IMG/VR virus record: IMGVR_UViG_3300005323_000054
Span: 1-51,714 of that record
DNA length: 51,714 nucleotides
Source of the DNA: a virus
Lineage: Duplodnaviria; Caudoviricetes
Strand: one strand, 5' to 3'
Below the pieces are notes generated by a model, which saw only the letters and a program-made list of their open reading frames with translations, was not told the origin of the DNA and made no database searches. A program made the translations under genes and the position numbers. Shown here in pieces: positions 17,695-27,069 of this stretch (its first letter is position 1; every line of letters starts with the position of its first letter).

Positions 17695-18009
17695 TCATTC
17701 CACCTGTTTCCTCATCCGTTTCTTGAGTTCTTCTTCTCCTTTCTCCGTGCGAGTGAACTTTAATCTCGCCTCTCTCGATGACGGGTCGATAATGACCAGT
17801 CCTTCATCGACCATAAGTTTGAGGTTCCGAAGAACCGTCTGATGAACGAAGTCCGGGTCTGTCTTCCCTTTCTCTCTGAAATGTTGGTTCAGTCTCCTCG
17901 TGATTTCAGGGGTTCCGAGCGTGAGGTTATCCATCACCTGAAGGATGTGAAGGAATAAGACCCGACATTGCAGGGATTTCGAGGTCTGAACGTATTTTCC
18001 GTGCTTCAT
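17695..18009 (-). CDS. Winged-helix transcription regulator
   Basis: EITRRL...QTVLRNLKLMVDEGLV...FTRTEKG. Confidence 0.7.
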   Translation of the reverse strand: MKHGKYVQTSKSLQCRVLFLHILQVMDNLTLGTPEITRRLNQHFREKGKTDPDFVHQTVLRNLKLMVDEGLVIIDPSSREARLKFTRTEKGEEELKKRMRKQVE

Positions 18010-18395
18010 TCCAGATGCTCCTTATACGCCTGACATCCATCGCAGGAATAATCCTGCTGGCAAGTCTCCTGAACTTTTTCTGATACCGGCTGCGCTGTCT
18101 CGTAGGTATTGCATGTGGGGCACTTCTGGAACATCATGCGATGTTTTCTGCCGCAACATGGACATTCTTCGAGAAAAGTATCAACAACCTCAAACCAGAC
18201 AGAATTAAAGGCAAGTCCGGGGCGTTCTTTGAGGAACACTTTGGTATGCCACGAGTGAGGTTCTACACGAGTGACGGTATATATCCCGTTAAGGGTGAGA
18301 TGTTTTGCGACCTCTTTTGCGATTGCCCATGAAACTGGGTCTTCTGCGATAAACCTCACCTTCATTCCTTTTCTCGCGTTCTCAACGAGGGTCAT
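18006..18395 (-). CDS. Hypothetical protein with a C-terminal Zn ribbon
   Basis: LTLNGIYTV...FNSVWFE; CPCC..CPTC. Confidence 0.6.
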   Translation of the reverse strand: MTLVENARKGMKVRFIAEDPVSWAIAKEVAKHLTLNGIYTVTRVEPHSWHTKVFLKERPGLAFNSVWFEVVDTFLEECPCCGRKHRMMFQKCPTCNTYETAQPVSEKVQETCQQDYSCDGCQAYKEHLE

Positions 18396-18548
18396 CCGGT
18401 TCCACCTTCGTACCCATCACAATCGCCATCGTTCTCGCCTCCCCTTCATCATTGAAACAGCCCAAGTGACGGATACCGAAAGAACATTTCCCGAATGCGT
18501 TGTAAGTGCATGGCTCATCGCAGGGGTCAAGTTTCTTCTCTGCTCTCG

Positions 18549-19028
18549 TCATACAGGTCTCTCTCCCGGGGACAAATTTACCCTCTTGCCGTTATTCTGG
18601 TTGACCCACGGGATAAGTCCGTCTGCTGTCATACCGTAGGACAACCACGGGCTCTTTCCCTTTGCGACGGGTTCACAGAGTTTCACCGGCTTCGCAGCCT
18701 TCTTTTTAGGAACGGGTGCGACCCTCGGCTTCGTTTCCTCTTTCGGGTTCTCTTCTTCCTCGTGCGCTATGCGGTCGCTGTTACCTGCGAGCGTCGGATA
18801 ATTTTTCTTGGTATACTCGTGGAGTTTTTCTACCGTGAGTTCCTTTCCGATTGGGGTTCCCTCGGTAGTGGAGATATAGGGGAGAATGATTCTCCCCCCG
18901 CTCTCGTTCTCGTGGTAAGGACAGACAGGAATGATACTGTCTTTCTTCCGTTTCTTCTTGAGGTTCGCTTCAAGGGTAAATTCCCCTGTAGCGGGGTTCT
19001 TGCAGTAATGGCATTTTTTTGAGATCAT
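18549..19028 (-). CDS. Hypothetical protein with an N-terminal Zn finger
   Basis: CHYC...CPYH. Confidence 0.6.
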   Translation of the reverse strand: MISKKCHYCKNPATGEFTLEANLKKKRKKDSIIPVCPYHENESGGRIILPYISTTEGTPIGKELTVEKLHEYTKKNYPTLAGNSDRIAHEEEENPKEETKPRVAPVPKKKAAKPVKLCEPVAKGKSPWLSYGMTADGLIPWVNQNNGKRVNLSPGERPV

Positions 19029-19297
19029 TAGTCATCCCTCGTAAAATCTTCAACGAGACATGAGTTTTCTGGGTCGAGTTGCCGATATTCCCCCTCAGTA
19101 ATTGGAGTGCACGAAAGAATTACGTGTTTTTCTTCTGCCTCTTCAATCCCACTTTTGTGTTTTAGGAGATAATCCACTACGCCAAAACATATGACATAGT
19201 AGTAACTCCATCCGAAATCAAGTTGGGGGGACCCGTCTGAATACTGGCCATTTCCCTTCCGTCTCCATTTCGCGCATACCAAATATCTTTGATTCAT
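19028..19297 (-). CDS. Hypothetical protein
   Basis: Probable start MNQRY with an ATGA overlap. Confidence 0.5.
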   Translation of the reverse strand: MNQRYLVCAKWRRKGNGQYSDGSPQLDFGWSYYYVICFGVVDYLLKHKSGIEEAEEKHVILSCTPITEGEYRQLDPENSCLVEDFTRDD

Positions 19298-19674
19298 CGC
19301 TTCACTCCCTTGAAAAACTGGTTCTCCCGTTCCTGCCAGAGTGCCCGTATCGTTTCGGTCTCCTTCTTCGTGCGGGTCTCCCCGTTGACACGGAGAAACA
19401 TGCAGGGAGCATCTTTCGTCAGCCCGAACTTCTTGCAGACCTCGTGACGGCTCCCGTAGATTGAGCATTTCCCTTCAAGGGTAAGGAGCGGGCAGATACC
19501 ATCTTCCGTTATGGGAAAGACTGCCGGACGGAGACCGTGGATTGGTGGCGCATCAATGACCTTGACAACCGGCCTGAACGTCTCCGTGACTTTCTCCCAG
19601 ACATCCCGATAGACTGGGGCAATGGTGCAACACTCGGAACATCCTTCGACGCACTTGAATTTCCTCTGGGGCAT
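19294..19674 (-). CDS. YkgJ-family cysteine-cluster protein (own RBS; also the C-terminal part of ORF 19294..20364)
   Basis: FKCVEGCSECC...CPLL...CSIYGSRHEVCKKF; AAGGAG directly before the ATG at 19674. Confidence 0.75.
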   Translation of the reverse strand: MPQRKFKCVEGCSECCTIAPVYRDVWEKVTETFRPVVKVIDAPPIHGLRPAVFPITEDGICPLLTLEGKCSIYGSRHEVCKKFGLTKDAPCMFLRVNGETRTKKETETIRALWQERENQFFKGVKR

Positions 19675-19678
19675 CTCC

Positions 19679-19960
19679 TTACCTCGCTGGAACCCTCCGA
19701 TATACTTTCTCTGTCTTCCCGCAGAGCCGGCACTCGTTGAGGTCGTAGAGGCCTTCTGCGTCTTTCCCTGATGCCTGTTTCTCGAAGCGATGGCCGTCTT
19801 CACTCTCTCTTGAATGGACGGGGCTTTCGGGGTCGGGGGCAGTCTGCTCAACTTCGATGGCGGGGCGTTGTGACCCGGTGATAGCGTTGGATTGGATTCC
19901 TTTTGCTTGTTCGACCTTCTTTCCGACTTGTTTCTTCTTATCGATTGCTTTCTTCGCCAT
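19679..19960 (-). CDS. Small basic protein with CxxC, nested in an alternative frame
   Basis: GGAG RBS before MAKKAID; CRLC; its stop abuts the RBS of the next gene. Confidence 0.5.
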   Translation of the reverse strand: MAKKAIDKKKQVGKKVEQAKGIQSNAITGSQRPAIEVEQTAPDPESPVHSRESEDGHRFEKQASGKDAEGLYDLNECRLCGKTEKVYRRVPAR

Positions 19961-20349
19961 GATTTCTCCAAAATTGCTTCTTTCTCTTCAGCCGGTAAAC
20001 AGTCCCAACAGAGGGTCAGACCGGGCTTGATGAGTTTCCCGCATTTCTCGCAGGGTTGCCATCCCTGATGTTTCCGGTGATGGCAGACGTGATAATAGGG
20101 TTCGAGGTTCTTCAGGTCGAAATAGAGACCGTCAGCCTCATACAGTTCTCCTCTCGGATGATGGCCGGTGTTCGCGGGTCTCCCGCATCCACAGGAACAG
20201 AGTTTTCCTTTACACCATTCCTTCAGGGCTTTACGGTGTTCGGGGTTTCTTTCTCGTTCTCGGTTCCTTGCCTGCCTGTTGTCAGCGTGGATTCGTTGAG
20301 GGCAGGTTACGGAGTGTTTTGTATATCGGGGTCTCTTGCGAACATCCAT
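19961..20349 (-). CDS. HNH-like Zn-binding domain (N-terminal part of the long ORF 19294..20364)
   Basis: CSCGC...HH...NL...CHHRKH...CEKC...CWDC; no stop until 19294. Confidence 0.5.
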
Positions 20350-20681
20350 TGAACACCTGCCCACCGATAATACCCTGTTTCAAGTCGTTCCTTGAATGAG
20401 ATAGTTCCCTCTCCGTTTCCTTTGGGACATGCACGGAATGAAGGTTCTGTTACTACCTGCCCTACGAATACTGTTCCTTGTTGGGGGAGATACCGTTTAA
20501 CGACGTTTAATCCTTGAGTTGTCTCGTAAGTGCCCCAATGAGTTGTATCGGTGACGACGTATTCTCCCTTTTCAATCTCGTCAAACCGTAACCCTCTCGT
20601 GCACTTCTCAAGTTTCCCTTCGTTAAGGATAGCCGTTATTGGTGTTCCGAGGTTGCAGATTTTGATTAAAGGTCTTACCAT
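20307..20681 (-). CDS. Truncated paralog of the putative decoration protein (423..1043)
   Basis: Collinear matches ITAILNEG/ITCILEQG, TYETTQGLNVVKR/TYAATGGLPVVKR, VGQVVTEP/IGTIVSTP, GYYRWAGV/KYYQVATV. Confidence 0.7.
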   Translation of the reverse strand: MVRPLIKICNLGTPITAILNEGKLEKCTRGLRFDEIEKGEYVVTDTTHWGTYETTQGLNVVKRYLPQQGTVFVGQVVTEPSFRACPKGNGEGTISFKERLETGYYRWAGVQWMFARDPDIQNTP

Positions 20682-20690
20682 CTTTCCCCC

Positions 20691-21116
20691 CTAGAGAATC
20701 GTCAGAGGTTTGTTGTATTTGAACGCAACCCGTTTTACCTGCGTAGTCTCGCTTATAGGCTCCCCGTCAATCTTCTTTCCCTTGTGCATCTTCAGGAACA
20801 TCTCGACGAAATCCTCTGCCGTCATCTCCGGGAATCCCTCTCGTTCAACCTCTGAACGTTTCGGTCTCCTGATGGTTTGGCATTGGTCATCACGATACGG
20901 ACGTTTGATAATATTGTTCAGGGGTTCCATGTTAAGGCAGATGACCGTGATTACTCCGAGCCGATTAATTTTCTCTCCTTTCTTCAACCCCATTCCCTTC
21001 TCGACACCGCAGAGTTCTTCGCCGTAGTAAACATCATCCCATCCGAGCCTCCTAGTGACGGTTTTCGTCTGGTCCTTGAAGGCTTCAACCGTGGCAGAAA
21101 AAGAGATGTTCCTCAT
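20691..21116 (-). CDS. ASCH/PUA-like domain protein
   Basis: ISFS...KTVTRR.GW...E.EREGF...F. Confidence 0.75.
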   Translation of the reverse strand: MRNISFSATVEAFKDQTKTVTRRLGWDDVYYGEELCGVEKGMGLKKGEKINRLGVITVICLNMEPLNNIIKRPYRDDQCQTIRRPKRSEVEREGFPEMTAEDFVEMFLKMHKGKKIDGEPISETTQVKRVAFKYNKPLTIL

Positions 21117-21574
21117 GGTTTTTCCTCCGTCAGTAAATCCTCGCAGGCTTTAACGTAGGCTCTTGCAGCGTCTTCCTCAACGTCGAAGTATCCGAGATAT
21201 GTATTCGCTCCTGAAAGGTGAATCTGTGCCTTCCATTTTTTGTGTTGTTTACACCATGAAACCCCCGGATACCTTGAGGTTTTATTCTCGTGCCTGTTCT
21301 GTTGATTCGTCCGATGGGAGACGATACGAAGATTCTCCCTGCGATTATCGAGGCCATCACCGTTAATGTGGTCAATTTCTTTTCCTTCTGGGGGGTTCAT
21401 GATTACGGTGTGCATACGGAGGAAATTTCGTTTCCCTTTTATCATTGGTGACATCCTAACAACGTAAAATGTCTTTCCGTGTTTGTGAGAACACCACCGA
21501 TACTTCGATAATTCCTCGTAATCCGTATCATCGACGAGAGCAACCTTTCCTTGTGTTAGAGGGATTTGTTTCAT
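21113..21574 (-). CDS. HNH-AP2 homing endonuclease
   Basis: MKQIPLTQGKVALVDD, IDHINGDGLDNRRENLR; AP2 domain YPGVSW...WKAQI...YLGYF..EEDAARAY. Confidence 0.92.
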   Translation of the reverse strand: MKQIPLTQGKVALVDDTDYEELSKYRWCSHKHGKTFYVVRMSPMIKGKRNFLRMHTVIMNPPEGKEIDHINGDGLDNRRENLRIVSHRTNQQNRHENKTSRYPGVSWCKQHKKWKAQIHLSGANTYLGYFDVEEDAARAYVKACEDLLTEEKP

Positions 21575-21792
21575 ATAACCACCCCTAATGGGCAGGTTTT
21601 ATTCGCACAGCAATCAACACAGAAGCAACCCCTCATGTCTTGGTGCTGACATTCGGTAAAGTCGCAACAGGTCACAAGGAGCGGGGTTTCAGCGCAGGGA
21701 GTTCCTGCCCGATATTTTTCCACCCGGCCCCTATCCCAGATTTCTTCTTCTTTGTCCCTATACGGACACTTGTCATAGGTATGAATCATCAC
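21571..21792 (-). CDS. Small Cys-rich protein
   Basis: Ten Cys in 73 aa. Confidence 0.5.
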   Translation of the reverse strand: MMIHTYDKCPYRDKEEEIWDRGRVEKYRAGTPCAETPLLVTCCDFTECQHQDMRGCFCVDCCANKTCPLGVVI

Positions 21793-22012
21793 TTTCTCTC
21801 CGATAGATGTCTTCCGGTCTCCTGTTCACGTAGATACGGCAACAGGGGAAAAATGTTCCTTTCCCGTATTTATCGGGATGAAAACTTGCGTAATGGCAGG
21901 TGTTACACGGGAGGTCGTTGAGAATACGATAACTTTCTTTCTCGTTCTCAATTACCTTCTCCCCTTGCGGGCAGTTCTCACGGAGCCACTGGATATAATC
22001 CCACGGTCTCAT
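21773..22012 (-). CDS. Small Cys-containing protein
   Basis: CNTC...CC. Confidence 0.5.
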   Translation of the reverse strand: MRPWDYIQWLRENCPQGEKVIENEKESYRILNDLPCNTCHYASFHPDKYGKGTFFPCCRIYVNRRPEDIYRRESDDSYL

Positions 22013-22209
22013 GTTAACTCCTCTAGTTCAAAGAGGGCTGTCTCAATCTCTGCAAGGTCACAAACGCAATCTGCCCTTTCGATTTCAGGGGTTAAAATAT
22101 CATACTCCTGAATAATCTCATACATTTTTGCGTAGTGTTTTCTTGCGAGGGCGAGTTGGTCATTTGCCTTTCTCGCTCCGACGGCTTTTGATTTTTTCAT
22201 GTGAACCAC
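22009..22209 (-). CDS. Small hypothetical protein
   Basis: Coupled ORF. Confidence 0.5.
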   Translation of the reverse strand: MVHMKKSKAVGARKANDQLALARKHYAKMYEIIQEYDILTPEIERADCVCDLAEIETALFELEELT

Positions 22210-22892
22210 TTTGTCTCTTCCGGTCTTGGGTTCTCCCCTGACAAAAACGCATCCCTCTTGACGCGATAAGGGTCATTCGGGTAGTCTCTCATCGGAACGG
22301 TCTTATGGACCTGAATGAAAATCGTGCCGCCACCGTGGATGTTCTCGGATTCGATGACCCGCCCGAACACGTCAATCGCTTCTAGGTCAAGATACCGATA
22401 CTGGCCGTCTTTCTCGATATACCAGTAGACACGCCCGATTGCGAGTTTATCGACGGTCTGGGCTTGGTATGCGTCAAGAACCTCTTTCAGCATCCGTATG
22501 TGACGGCGTTGAACTCCGAACTCCATCTCGTGGGTCTCTCGGTTCTCGCTCGGTTTGGTCACGGCTTTCACGATATAGACCATTCCGGGAGAGACGATAA
22601 TCGGGTCGCCTTTCTCTTCATCGTGGTCTGCTGAATGGTTGAGGACCGGCTGGCAGAGGAACAACCGTAACGCTCCTTCCGGCGGGTCAGCCATGCGGGT
22701 TTGCTGAACGGCTCTCTCGTGACGGAGTTCGTTCATCAACTGATTCTCAACACGGTATAAAAGACTCATTTCATCAACTCGCTTAATTTCAGGAGGAATG
22801 ATAATCCTGTAATCGGGTTCGTCGTCAGGGTAAAAAGTGGGGTTCTCTCCCTCTTCCGTCCCATCGAAGATACACGGGCAAGGGTCTCCCAT
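22197..22892 (-). CDS. Hypothetical protein
   Basis: Probable start MGDPC (22892) after a GAGGG RBS. Confidence 0.6.
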   Translation of the reverse strand: MGDPCPCIFDGTEEGENPTFYPDDEPDYRIIIPPEIKRVDEMSLLYRVENQLMNELRHERAVQQTRMADPPEGALRLFLCQPVLNHSADHDEEKGDPIIVSPGMVYIVKAVTKPSENRETHEMEFGVQRRHIRMLKEVLDAYQAQTVDKLAIGRVYWYIEKDGQYRYLDLEAIDVFGRVIESENIHGGGTIFIQVHKTVPMRDYPNDPYRVKRDAFLSGENPRPEETKWFT

Positions 22893-22896
22893 ACCC

Positions 22897-23364
22897 TCAC
22901 TTCCCGAACGGGTCCAACTCGATAACCTTCTTGGTGACAGTAGTTTTTCCCGGGATAACCGTCGTGATTTCCTTGTAAACCTTCGCCTCAAGGAATCCTT
23001 TGAGCCGTCCCAGAGGAATATCGCCTTCACCAATCGCATCCTCGGCTTCTTTCTTCAGGGTTTTGATAATGTCCTTGACCTTCGCCGGATACTTCTTCTT
23101 GAAGAGTTCGATATCAACGTTAGTCTGGCTTCTCCCTGTCGTGGTTACTTCGACAATCTCTGCGAAATCGTCTTTCGTCCCTACGGGGAGTTCGCAGGCT
23201 GCAAGATAAAACTCATCGAGTTTCTCCCGTGCTGCCGTCAACTTCGCTTCGAGGTCTGCGACGTTTTTCTTCTGGGTCACGTAGTCGTGAAGAACGGAGT
23301 TGATATTGAGGTCCATCGAGTCATGGCCGGGAAGAGGGTTCCCCGTTGCATCTCGCATCTCCAT
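22897..23364 (-). CDS. Hypothetical coiled-coil/basic protein
   Basis: 155-aa coupled ORF. Confidence 0.65.
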   Translation of the reverse strand: MEMRDATGNPLPGHDSMDLNINSVLHDYVTQKKNVADLEAKLTAAREKLDEFYLAACELPVGTKDDFAEIVEVTTTGRSQTNVDIELFKKKYPAKVKDIIKTLKKEAEDAIGEGDIPLGRLKGFLEAKVYKEITTVIPGKTTVTKKVIELDPFGK

Positions 23365-24446
23365 CAGTCATACCTCGGGAAGCGTTTTGAAATCCTGACG
23401 GCTTCATCGGCCTGCGTCTGGAACTCATCCCAGAACTTTTTCGGGAAGGTCTTGGAACCCGTGCCGGTCATCTTCATGTGGAATGGCCGGTATTTGTCGG
23501 CCTGAACGGTCATCTCCAATTCAACGGCGTTCGTGTCGTCTTCAACCGTGGCCTGGGGAATACCGAGCATCTTTGCGGCTTCTTCAAGCGAGTAGAACTC
23601 GCCGGTTCTCTCGATGGCGTTGACGTGATCGATAATGTCAATCTTCCCTCCGAACCGAAGGACGAACTTATCGAAGAGTTCCGGCTGGTCCCTGGCGAGA
23701 GCCTGCCAGACCGTGTCCGGTGCTCCTGCGGCAACGGTCAGTATCTTGAGGGTTTCAGCGTTGAGTTCTGGTGGCTCTTTGTCCGTCGTGGATGGGTCTG
23801 ACAGGTTCATAGCAGCGTTCTGTGGGCTTTTGGTATCGGTCGCGGGTTTGTCTACCTTTTTGGTAGTTTCCGCGCTTGCAGATACCTTGGTGGCTGTGTC
23901 TTGGGGATGTTTCGCAACCGCTTCCGGTTCTTTCTTTGCTGCGGGTTCGGTCTTGGCAGGTTTCTCTTCCTTCGGTTTCTCTGCCCGCTCTTTCCCGAGA
24001 AGGTCTTTCCACACGGGGCACTTCGGGTCGAACGGGTTGTTCGTCTTGCATCCCGGACGCTGCGAGATATGGTCCCTGAAGAAATGAGCGCATTTCTGGC
24101 AGCCAACGGGGATGTCATCGCTCTTGGTGGCTGCGTTCCTCTCTGCGATTGTCGGTCCTTTTGTCACGGGTTTTACCGTAGGTGTTCCCGGTGCCGGGGG
24201 CTTCGGTGGCTCTGTCGCCATTTTCTTTTCGAGTTCTGCTTTCATCGCTGCTTCCTCATCTTCTGGTAGAAGGTCCATTCCCTTGACGGTTCCCTTCTCA
24301 TATGAGTATTTCACTCCTCTTCCTTCTGGGAAATTCTTCTGCGCTGCCTTGATGTCACCGGGAGGGATGAAAAGAGGGGCTTCCCTGCCGAAGAAGTGGA
24401 CGTTGCCACCGACGTATTTCTCAATGATTCCTTTCGCTGTTGTCAT
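23364..24446 (-). CDS. Hypothetical protein with Pro/Lys/Ala linkers and an internal Cys cluster
   Basis: 360 aa; GGAGG RBS; CQKC...C...C. Confidence 0.7.
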   Translation of the reverse strand: MTTAKGIIEKYVGGNVHFFGREAPLFIPPGDIKAAQKNFPEGRGVKYSYEKGTVKGMDLLPEDEEAAMKAELEKKMATEPPKPPAPGTPTVKPVTKGPTIAERNAATKSDDIPVGCQKCAHFFRDHISQRPGCKTNNPFDPKCPVWKDLLGKERAEKPKEEKPAKTEPAAKKEPEAVAKHPQDTATKVSASAETTKKVDKPATDTKSPQNAAMNLSDPSTTDKEPPELNAETLKILTVAAGAPDTVWQALARDQPELFDKFVLRFGGKIDIIDHVNAIERTGEFYSLEEAAKMLGIPQATVEDDTNAVELEMTVQADKYRPFHMKMTGTGSKTFPKKFWDEFQTQADEAVRISKRFPRYD

Positions 24447-24470
24447 GATAGTTTTCCTCCGAAAAATGGG

Positions 24471-24737
24471 TCAGCAGTTCTCTATCCCTGCTGCTTTCTT
24501 GCGTTCATCGGCTCCACGGATACCCTGTTCGAGCCACTGTTTCCGTTCCTTCCAACAGGAAGAACACCCGTGAACAACGACGTTCGCAAAGGTTTTCTCG
24601 TCCCATTCTGCCGCTCTGGGGTCAGAGATAGTAACCCCCATCTCTTCCCGGGCCATTGGCATCCCGCAGAACAGGCAGAACGTCTCTGGCTTCTTCTCCT
24701 TCTTCTTGGGGAGAGTGGCGGTATCCGTCTGGTTCAT
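24471..24737 (-). CDS. Zn-finger protein
   Basis: CLFC...CSSC. Confidence 0.6.
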   Translation of the reverse strand: MNQTDTATLPKKKEKKPETFCLFCGMPMAREEMGVTISDPRAAEWDEKTFANVVVHGCSSCWKERKQWLEQGIRGADERKKAAGIENC

Positions 24738-25342
24738 TGGTGAATTCCCCCGCCGGACCCTGCTGCGTATCCGGACCCGATTGCAATAATGTAGTTTTTC
24801 CTGACTTGTTCGATAAATTCATCTTGGGTATGTTTTACCGGGTGTTCGATTCTCGTTGCGTAGATATAGCCCTTTCCGAGAGCGTAGCGAAGTGCATCCG
24901 TAATTTCTGGTGAATGACACCGGCACATTGGGTCTACAATGATGAGTTGCCCTGCCGCTCTCTTCATTGACCTCTTGACTTCTTTCTCGTGCTTCTTCAG
25001 CGCCGGAACATCAATCTCGATATTGCAGGTTTCCCCGGAGAAAGAGACCCGGTGGAAGGCGAGCCGCATTGCCGTATCGATGTATTCCGTCATGTCCTTG
25101 TGGCTTTTTCCTCCGATGATGGAGTCACGGTCGGTCTGCTCGTAATACTGACGGCGGAACCATTTGAGTTCTTTTTTGTCCTCACTGATACGCCAGAACT
25201 CTTGCGGTTCGACGTGTTCTTTGTACGCACTGATAGTCACATGGCCTTTCTTGTCTTTCAGCGCCGGGACGTTCTTGATACGACTCACGACGACGCAATT
25301 GAGGTGATTAACCTCAAAGTTTCCTGCTCGTTTGAACTTCAT
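24734..25342 (-). CDS. Hypothetical protein
   Basis: 202-aa coupled ORF. Confidence 0.6.
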   Translation of the reverse strand: MKFKRAGNFEVNHLNCVVVSRIKNVPALKDKKGHVTISAYKEHVEPQEFWRISEDKKELKWFRRQYYEQTDRDSIIGGKSHKDMTEYIDTAMRLAFHRVSFSGETCNIEIDVPALKKHEKEVKRSMKRAAGQLIIVDPMCRCHSPEITDALRYALGKGYIYATRIEHPVKHTQDEFIEQVRKNYIIAIGSGYAAGSGGGIHQ

Positions 25343-25602
25343 TCTTCGTCCTCTCCGTCTCTTTCTATTTCCTCAAACTCTTCATCAGATATGTCCTCCT
25401 CGGTCTTCTGGAATACAAGCCCGGGATGTTTTGTTGAGAGGGATTCGAGGTTTGCAGAAAGACAGTAAACCATCTGGGTATGATTTCTCTCGTCTCCCGG
25501 GATGTGGTCATTCTGGCAGTAATCGAGATGTGGACAGGGGAAATCGCTCCGGCAACACATCTTCTCGTAGAGTTCGTCACAGATATTAGCACATTCGCTC
25601 AT
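25339..25602 (-). CDS. Small Cys-rich acidic protein
   Basis: Coupled ORF. Confidence 0.5.
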   Translation of the reverse strand: MSECANICDELYEKMCCRSDFPCPHLDYCQNDHIPGDERNHTQMVYCLSANLESLSTKHPGLVFQKTEEDISDEEFEEIERDGEDEE

Positions 25603-26642
25603 TTCTTCACCAACTGCGCGAGAATCTTCTGCGCCTGCCCGAGTAACGGGTCTCCTTCCATCGCCCGGACAAACCGGTTCTCCCTTGCGGATACCGTGTC
25701 GTTGATGGGCCGGACGTGCTGCTGGTATGCGGCAAGTGCGTTATACATCCCCCACGATGTTCCCTCGAACTTCTCTTGGTCGGGAGCCGAGGAATAGATG
25801 TTGAACACATCCTGCCGTGCCTGCTGGATATTGATAATCGTCTGGGGCGACACGGGTTCAGGGACTCCGTTCTTTATCTTCGGCACCGGGTCCGGGAAGA
25901 GTGCTTCGAGAATCTTGGGGATTTCGTCTGCGTAGACGTTGGCCTCATACATCGCGGTTGCGACCTCGGGCATCTTCTCCATGTAGACCTTGACGGCACG
26001 GAGAGTTTCACGGGCTTCTTCGAGTTTCGCGTTCATGTCGCCGGTATGGTGGGTTGACCAGATCCGCTTTGACCCCGAGATTGCCATCGTGAGGGTGTTG
26101 TTACAGACTACCCGTATCGGGGTGAGACAGACACGGACACCGGTTGAACCGTCGTGTGAGTTCTCGAACAGGAGGAACGGCTCAACTTGGTCTCCGAGGA
26201 TAGTGACACCGGTCATCTTTGCGAGCATCCAGACACGCTTTCCGTCGAAGAGTGAGCCTGCCGTGTGGAAGTGCGCTCCTCCTTCCTGTCCGATAAGAGC
26301 GTCAACGAAGTCGAATGCATCTGCATTCTGACAGATTTTGTATCTGTCCGTGACGACCCCGAGAATCGACTTGTCGCTCTCCCTGATATTCACCATTGCG
26401 TTCGGGACCGGGATGAAGTCCATAGGTTCGACTTTAAAGGTTCCGTCTTGCTGAAGGGTGTTCTCCCATCGTGTCGGGATGAATGCACGTTCTCCCCTAA
26501 CAGGAGAATCGATACCTGCAAGTTTCTCGGCTTCTCTTCCGGTCATTGCGTGGTCTACCTTCGTTCCGAGCCCGTGCCACGGCGCAAGGCCTGTGTATAC
26601 CATCTGGGCTTTTCCGTTCTTGATTTCAAGTTCGTGTGACAT
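25599..26642 (-). CDS. DUF932 (phage/plasmid-like TIGR03299) family protein
   Basis: True start MSHELE (26642); PWHGLG, LGVVTDRY..CQN, HTAGSL..GKRVW, NSHDGS, TPIRVVCNNTL, GTSWGMYNA. Confidence 0.9.
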   Translation of the reverse strand: MSHELEIKNGKAQMVYTGLAPWHGLGTKVDHAMTGREAEKLAGIDSPVRGERAFIPTRWENTLQQDGTFKVEPMDFIPVPNAMVNIRESDKSILGVVTDRYKICQNADAFDFVDALIGQEGGAHFHTAGSLFDGKRVWMLAKMTGVTILGDQVEPFLLFENSHDGSTGVRVCLTPIRVVCNNTLTMAISGSKRIWSTHHTGDMNAKLEEARETLRAVKVYMEKMPEVATAMYEANVYADEIPKILEALFPDPVPKIKNGVPEPVSPQTIINIQQARQDVFNIYSSAPDQEKFEGTSWGMYNALAAYQQHVRPINDTVSARENRFVRAMEGDPLLGQAQKILAQLVKK

Positions 26643-26658
26643 ACTGATTTCTTCTCCT

Positions 26659-27018
26659 TCATATGATGAGTTCTGATTTCCCCTCATAGAGGGCTTTCTC
26701 CCGTTCGATACTCTGGTTGATGAGGTGAAGACGGTCTCCTGCTGCCTGAATGACTTTGATAAGCCTCTCTGCAACTTCCGGGGAGAGTTTTGACGGTTTG
26801 TGGTTTGACTGAAGAGCGATATCTTCTCTTTTACCTCCTTCGACTTCGCGGAAATATACCGGGAGGAACGTATAGGAATGGTCAATATGGACCATCGGAG
26901 CGCCACTAACGTATTCTTTCGGGAGGTCTTCGAGAGACTTCATTCCGTCAATCATAAGCGATACTTCTCTTTCCCCGTCTTTCGACAGGGTTCTTTCAAT
27001 AGTGATTTTAATTGCCAT
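26659..27018 (-). CDS. Hypothetical protein
   Basis: 119 aa; strong RBS; flanked by identical 19-bp RBS/start repeats. Confidence 0.65.
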   Translation of the reverse strand: MAIKITIERTLSKDGEREVSLMIDGMKSLEDLPKEYVSGAPMVHIDHSYTFLPVYFREVEGGKREDIALQSNHKPSKLSPEVAERLIKVIQAAGDRLHLINQSIEREKALYEGKSELII

Positions 27019-27069
27019 ACTGATTTCTTCTCCTGAAAATTTGTCTTTTAAGAGATTGAAAAAATAAAA

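Noticed and set aside
26643-26906. N-terminal extension of the DUF932 ORF
   Set aside because: Overlaps gene 26659..27018; the RBS and family N-terminus point to Met 26642
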